Virus record (IMG/VR): IMGVR_UViG_3300032829_000001
DNA length: 26,478 bases
Direction: 5' to 3' (one strand)
DNA from: an uncultured virus (IMG/VR IMGVR_UViG_3300032829_000001)
Lineage: Duplodnaviria; Heunggongvirae; Uroviricota; Caudoviricetes
Made by a program: the position numbers and the translations under genes. Each line of letters opens with the position of its first letter. Positions within the stretch are counted from its first letter, which is position 1. Below, piece after piece: positions 23,154-26,478 of this stretch. The notes beneath the pieces are model-generated. The model made no database searches, was not told the origin of the DNA, and saw nothing but the letters and a program-made list of their open reading frames with translations.

Positions 23154-24982
23154 AGACCGTCCACCTCGCCCGCGGTCTCACCCTCCCAGCCGCCGAGCTG
23201 GCGACGAAGGTCACCGGCGCCTTCGGGATTCGCGGGTCGGGCAAGAGCAACCTCATGTCCGTTGTGATCGAGGGCCTGCTCGCCGCGCGAGTACAGGTCA
23301 TCGTGCTCGACCCCGTGGGCATCCACTTCTCGTTGCGACTCGCGCCCGACGGCAAGCACCCGTCCGATTACCAGATCCCCGTGCTCGGTGGCCGGCACGG
23401 CGATCTCGCGCTCCAGCCCACCGCCGGTGAGGTGGTCGGGCGGGCGCTCGCGCTCTCGAACGACTCGTGCGTGCTCGACATCTCGTCGATGAAGAAGGGG
23501 GAGCGCATCCGGTTCGCGGGTGCGTTCGCTGAGGCGTTCTATGAGGGCAAGAAGGAGAACCCCGCGCCGGTGCTCCTGTGCCTGGAGGAGGCGCAGCGAT
23601 TCGTCCCACAGCTCATGTTCAAGGGCTCGGGGCAGGAACAGATGCTCGGCGCGTTCGAGGAGCTGGCCGAGCAGGGCCGCAACTACGGCGCGGGGATCTG
23701 GCTCAACTCGCTGCGCCCGCAGAAGATCAACAAGGACGTCACGAGCCTGATGGACCTGCTCTTCAGCTTCCGGCTCACCGGCACGCACGAGCGGAAGTTC
23801 GTCCACGACTGGCTGCAGGAGAAGAACGCGGAGGGCCGTGGCGAGATCGACGGTGAGCTGCCTGGGCTCCCCGAGGGGCACGCGCTCGTGTGGTCCCCGG
23901 CCGTGTTCAACATCTTCGGCAAGTTCCACTTCGTGAAGAAGACGACGTACGACGCGGGCGCCACACCGCTCTACGTGCGTGCCAAGGTCAAGATGCGTCC
24001 GCTCGACCTCGCCGGGTTGGAGAAGGAGATGGCGACTGTCGTCGAGGAGGCGAAGGCGAACGACCCGCGAGCACTGCGGGCCCGCATCGTCGAGCTGGAG
24101 CGCGCTGTCAAGCTCACGCCCGCGCCGGGTAAGACCGTCGAGAAGACGAAGATCGTCGAGGTGCCGATGCTCGGCAAGCGCGATCTGCAGCGGATCGAGC
24201 GCCTCACGACGAGCATTCGCGACCTCAACGAGCAACTCGATCGCAACCAGCGCGTAGAGTCAGGAGTCCGTGCGGAAACCAACACGCTCGTGAAAGCGCT
24301 CGTGCACGAGTCCAAGCTCTCCCCCGAGTCGCGGCGGCTGCTCCAGCAAGGGATCACGGACGCCAAAGCCGGACGGCTCTCGCCCGTGCCACCGGCCGTG
24401 ACCGAACGCCCTCGCCAAATCCGTGCAGCCGATCGCATGGATGAATCGAGAATCGGACGGATCGAAGGATTCGAAATTCGAGGTGGCCGAAAGGTGCCGG
24501 TGCTCGCCGCTCCCGCCTTTGACCCTGGCGATCTCCCCAAGTATGCGCTCGACCTGCTCAACGTGGTCGCGCAGCGGGGGAAGGCCAGCGACGCGCAGAT
24601 CTCGGCGCTCTCGGGCTACCGGCGCACCAGCTCCGCGTTCCCAAAGATGCTCGCCAAGCTCACGCACGCGGGGCTCATCGAGGGCACGCCGCGTGAGCGT
24701 GTCATCACCGCCGCGGGCCGGGCGCGCGCCGGGGCTGTCGAGGCGCTGCCGACTGGCCGTGCGCTGCTCGACCACTGGCTCTCGAAGCTGACGGGCTACG
24801 AGCGGCTGTTCCTCAAGACCATCCACGACGCCGGCTCGATTAGCCGTGAGGAGCTGGCGGCGCGAACCGAGCGGAGCCTGAGCAGCTCGGCGTTCCCCAA
24901 GACGATCGCGGCGCTGCAGCGGCTGGCGCTGATCGAGGCGCCGCGGGGCGGGGACCTCACGATCGCGGAGAGCTTTCGGTAG
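23150..24982 (+). CDS. HerA/FtsK-superfamily (DUF87-like) P-loop ATPase with coiled coil and two C-terminal wHTH-like repeats
   Basis: Walker A GIRGSGKS, VLDPVG, Walker B LLCLEEAQ, QGRNYG arginine finger, LRPQKINKDV; ATGA overlap. Confidence 0.85.
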   Translation: MKTVHLARGLTLPAAELATKVTGAFGIRGSGKSNLMSVVIEGLLAARVQVIVLDPVGIHFSLRLAPDGKHPSDYQIPVLGGRHGDLALQPTAGEVVGRALALSNDSCVLDISSMKKGERIRFAGAFAEAFYEGKKENPAPVLLCLEEAQRFVPQLMFKGSGQEQMLGAFEELAEQGRNYGAGIWLNSLRPQKINKDVTSLMDLLFSFRLTGTHERKFVHDWLQEKNAEGRGEIDGELPGLPEGHALVWSPAVFNIFGKFHFVKKTTYDAGATPLYVRAKVKMRPLDLAGLEKEMATVVEEAKANDPRALRARIVELERAVKLTPAPGKTVEKTKIVEVPMLGKRDLQRIERLTTSIRDLNEQLDRNQRVESGVRAETNTLVKALVHESKLSPESRRLLQQGITDAKAGRLSPVPPAVTERPRQIRAADRMDESRIGRIEGFEIRGGRKVPVLAAPAFDPGDLPKYALDLLNVVAQRGKASDAQISALSGYRRTSSAFPKMLAKLTHAGLIEGTPRERVITAAGRARAGAVEALPTGRALLDHWLSKLTGYERLFLKTIHDAGSISREELAARTERSLSSSAFPKTIAALQRLALIEAPRGGDLTIAESFR

Positions 24983-25011
24983 TACAACCCAATCAAGGAG
25001 AGGCATCGATC

Positions 25012-25311
25012 ATGAACGCAGACATCAAGGCAATTCTCAGCGACTTCGCCACCAAGCTCGTCGACGCCGTGCGCGCGGAGGTGCGGGAGGAGACGATCGC
25101 GAAGCTGGGCGGATCGGGGAAGGTTCTGCAGTTGCCGGGCAAGAAGGCGCGGCGGAAGGGCCCCATCCAGCTCTGCCCGGTGCCAGGGTGCAAGGAGCGG
25201 GCGGCACCGGTGTTCGGCATGGTCTGCGCCAAGCACAAGGGGCTGCCCAAGACGCAGATCAAGAAGTACCGTGAGGCGCGCCGGGCGAAGGCCGCCAAGA
25301 AGGCCGCCTAA
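25012..25311 (+). CDS. Basic histone-like DNA-binding candidate with CPVPGC...C..H Zn motif
   Basis: AAGGAG/GAGG SD; Lys/Ala-rich tail. Confidence 0.75.
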   Translation: MNADIKAILSDFATKLVDAVRAEVREETIAKLGGSGKVLQLPGKKARRKGPIQLCPVPGCKERAAPVFGMVCAKHKGLPKTQIKKYREARRAKAAKKAA

Positions 25312-25514
25312 TGCCCAAGACCGTCAGACTGAAACAGAACGTGCGGCTCCGCAGCGAGGCGTACGACAAGCTCGAACACATCGTCGGGCAGGTCGCGCAA
25401 TTCGGCTGGGCCTCGGTCGGGCGGGAGAGCACCGAACCCGCAACGCGTGAGGCGGTGGCGTCCTACGCCATCGAGACGCTCGCGTCGCAGGTGAAGTCGA
25501 AGCGGCGGGGCTGA
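25311..25514 (+). CDS. Possible ribbon-helix-helix protein
   Basis: NVRLRSEAYDKL...TREAVASYAIETL; TAATG overlap. Confidence 0.6.
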   Translation: MPKTVRLKQNVRLRSEAYDKLEHIVGQVAQFGWASVGRESTEPATREAVASYAIETLASQVKSKRRG

Positions 25515-25792
25515 TGTTCGCCTGGCTCAAGCGGCTGCTCCACCGCCCTCCCTCGCTCGTCTGGCCGCGGCATCTCTTCGTGCGCATCCGCGGCACGGGG
25601 GTCGGGTATGCTGGGCTCGTGGGTAGCCAGGACGAAGCGAGCGACGTCGCGCAGTTGGTGGTCGGCCACCACGTGATGAGGACGGGCGAGATGGCCTTCG
25701 CGGATCACTGGACTGTGCTGCGCGAGGAGTTCACGCCCGGCGAGCTGGAGGCGTTCAACCGGGCGCCACCGGAGCTTCGCGATGTCGGGTGA
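25514..25792 (+). CDS. Hypothetical protein (92 aa)
   Basis: TGATG overlap. Confidence 0.7.
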   Translation: MFAWLKRLLHRPPSLVWPRHLFVRIRGTGVGYAGLVGSQDEASDVAQLVVGHHVMRTGEMAFADHWTVLREEFTPGELEAFNRAPPELRDVG

Positions 25793-26066
25793 GAGCCCCG
25801 AGTCAGCGCTCGCGAGTGTGCTGTTCGACTGCGTAGGCGTGCGCGCGTCGAACATCGACGGTGCGAGCCCAACGCTCACGTTCGTATTCACGTGCGTGTA
25901 CGAGCGCGATCGGGAGCGGTGGCAGTCGCGGTTCACGCAGGGTTTTCTTGAGCTGAGCGTCCGCGACCGCGGCTGGATGCCGGCTATCAAGAAGGGCGAT
26001 CGCGTGTTGCTCACTCTGGCGGAGCCGCCACCGCCGACTACTTCATCACAGGAGCCCAGACCATGA
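25782..26066 (+). CDS. Hypothetical protein (94 aa)
   Basis: GGAG SD; ATGA overlap with next gene. Confidence 0.6.
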   Translation: MSGESPESALASVLFDCVGVRASNIDGASPTLTFVFTCVYERDRERWQSRFTQGFLELSVRDRGWMPAIKKGDRVLLTLAEPPPPTTSSQEPRP

Positions 26067-26478
26067 CCATCCGAAGCGTCAGTGACGTCCCCATCGAGAA
26101 CCTCGTGCAGAGCTTCCTCCACGCGATGATCTCGCTCAACGCGAAGACCTGCGTCGTGTTCCTGCGGGGCACCGACGCCGTGGTCGCCAAGAATCACGCC
26201 GATGCCGAGGCCACGGCGCGGAACCTCTTCACGATCAAGGACGGCGCGATCGAGGCGGCCGCGATCGCACTACACGCCTTTCGGTTCGTGCAAGGCGACA
26301 AGCTTGACGAGACGATGAACCGCTGCTCGCTCCACCCGTGCGCCGCGTACGAGAACGAGCAGGGCAGGCCCGTCGCGTGGGATGACCTGCCGGCGGAGGC
26401 CAAGGAAGCGCATCGGCTCGTTGCGGCGGCGGTCGTGGGTGCTGCGGTTGCACACAACCCGCCGCCGAAAACGCCGCT
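26063..26478 (+). CDS. Partial protein (MTIRSVSDVP...AWDDLPAEAKEAHRLVAAAV...), runs off the window
   Basis: AGGAG SD, open frame to the window end (manual translation); W.DL...K motif resembles phage RyR-like domains. Confidence 0.7.
   Translation, partial: MTIRSVSDVPIENLVQSFLHAMISLNAKTCVVFLRGTDAVVAKNHADAEATARNLFTIKDGAIEAAAIALHAFRFVQGDKLDETMNRCSLHPCAAYENEQGRPVAWDDLPAEAKEAHRLVAAAVVGAAVAHNPPPKTP

Larger units (their letters stand above)
1..26478. mobile_element. Probable phage/virus or prophage genome segment
   Basis: Dense small overlapping ORFs, many Zn-ribbon/HTH/hypothetical genes, phage-typical accessory families, no housekeeping genes. No hallmark capsid, terminase or integrase gene in the window. 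Confidence 0.75.

Noticed and set aside
23030..24235. 401-aa minus-strand ORF (also 15048..16202, 16233..17135, 17283..18197)
   Set aside because: Antisense shadows of well-supported plus-strand genes.
23150..24982. Calling the ATPase a terminase, a packaging ATPase or part of a Sir2-HerA defence system
   Set aside because: The motifs fit HerA/DUF87 with wHTH repeats; no structural genes or Sir2/NurA partner are recognisable nearby.

Overview
A high-GC, gene-dense segment of a probable phage or virus (or prophage-like element). It has about 70 mostly small, translationally coupled ORFs (ATGA/GTGA/TGATG overlaps) and no host housekeeping genes. Left (1-5566, minus strand): a run of small Arg-rich proteins and a 777-aa charged-helix/Pro-rich protein. 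5628-6970 (plus): Zn-finger genes and a DUF1360-like membrane protein. The main feature is 6982-14662 (minus): a tandem array of 26 small paralogous genes in two blocks (14 + 12), separated by an XRE-HTH-containing insert. Each has a highly variable N-terminal/central part, often starting G-[DE]-x-[VI]-T-[VI]. Each ends in a conserved module, [DE]-E-G-x-x-W-x-R-G + helix + L-x-x-S. W-x-x-G and L-x-x-S are present in all 26 copies. The last codons often also supply the Shine-Dalgarno and overlapping start of the next gene. Several sigma70-like promoters, most apparently leaderless and one duplicated exactly (17 bp), divide the array into sub-operons. Right (14886-26478, plus): early/accessory-type genes, including DUF1653-like, MazG-like NTP pyrophosphatase + Zn ribbon, MerR/BldC-like HTH, HerA/DUF87-like ATPase with tandem wHTH, and a basic Zn-motif DNA-binding candidate. 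I saw no integrase, reverse transcriptase, capsid, tRNA or CRISPR in the window. All family calls are by eye from motifs; no database searches were run.
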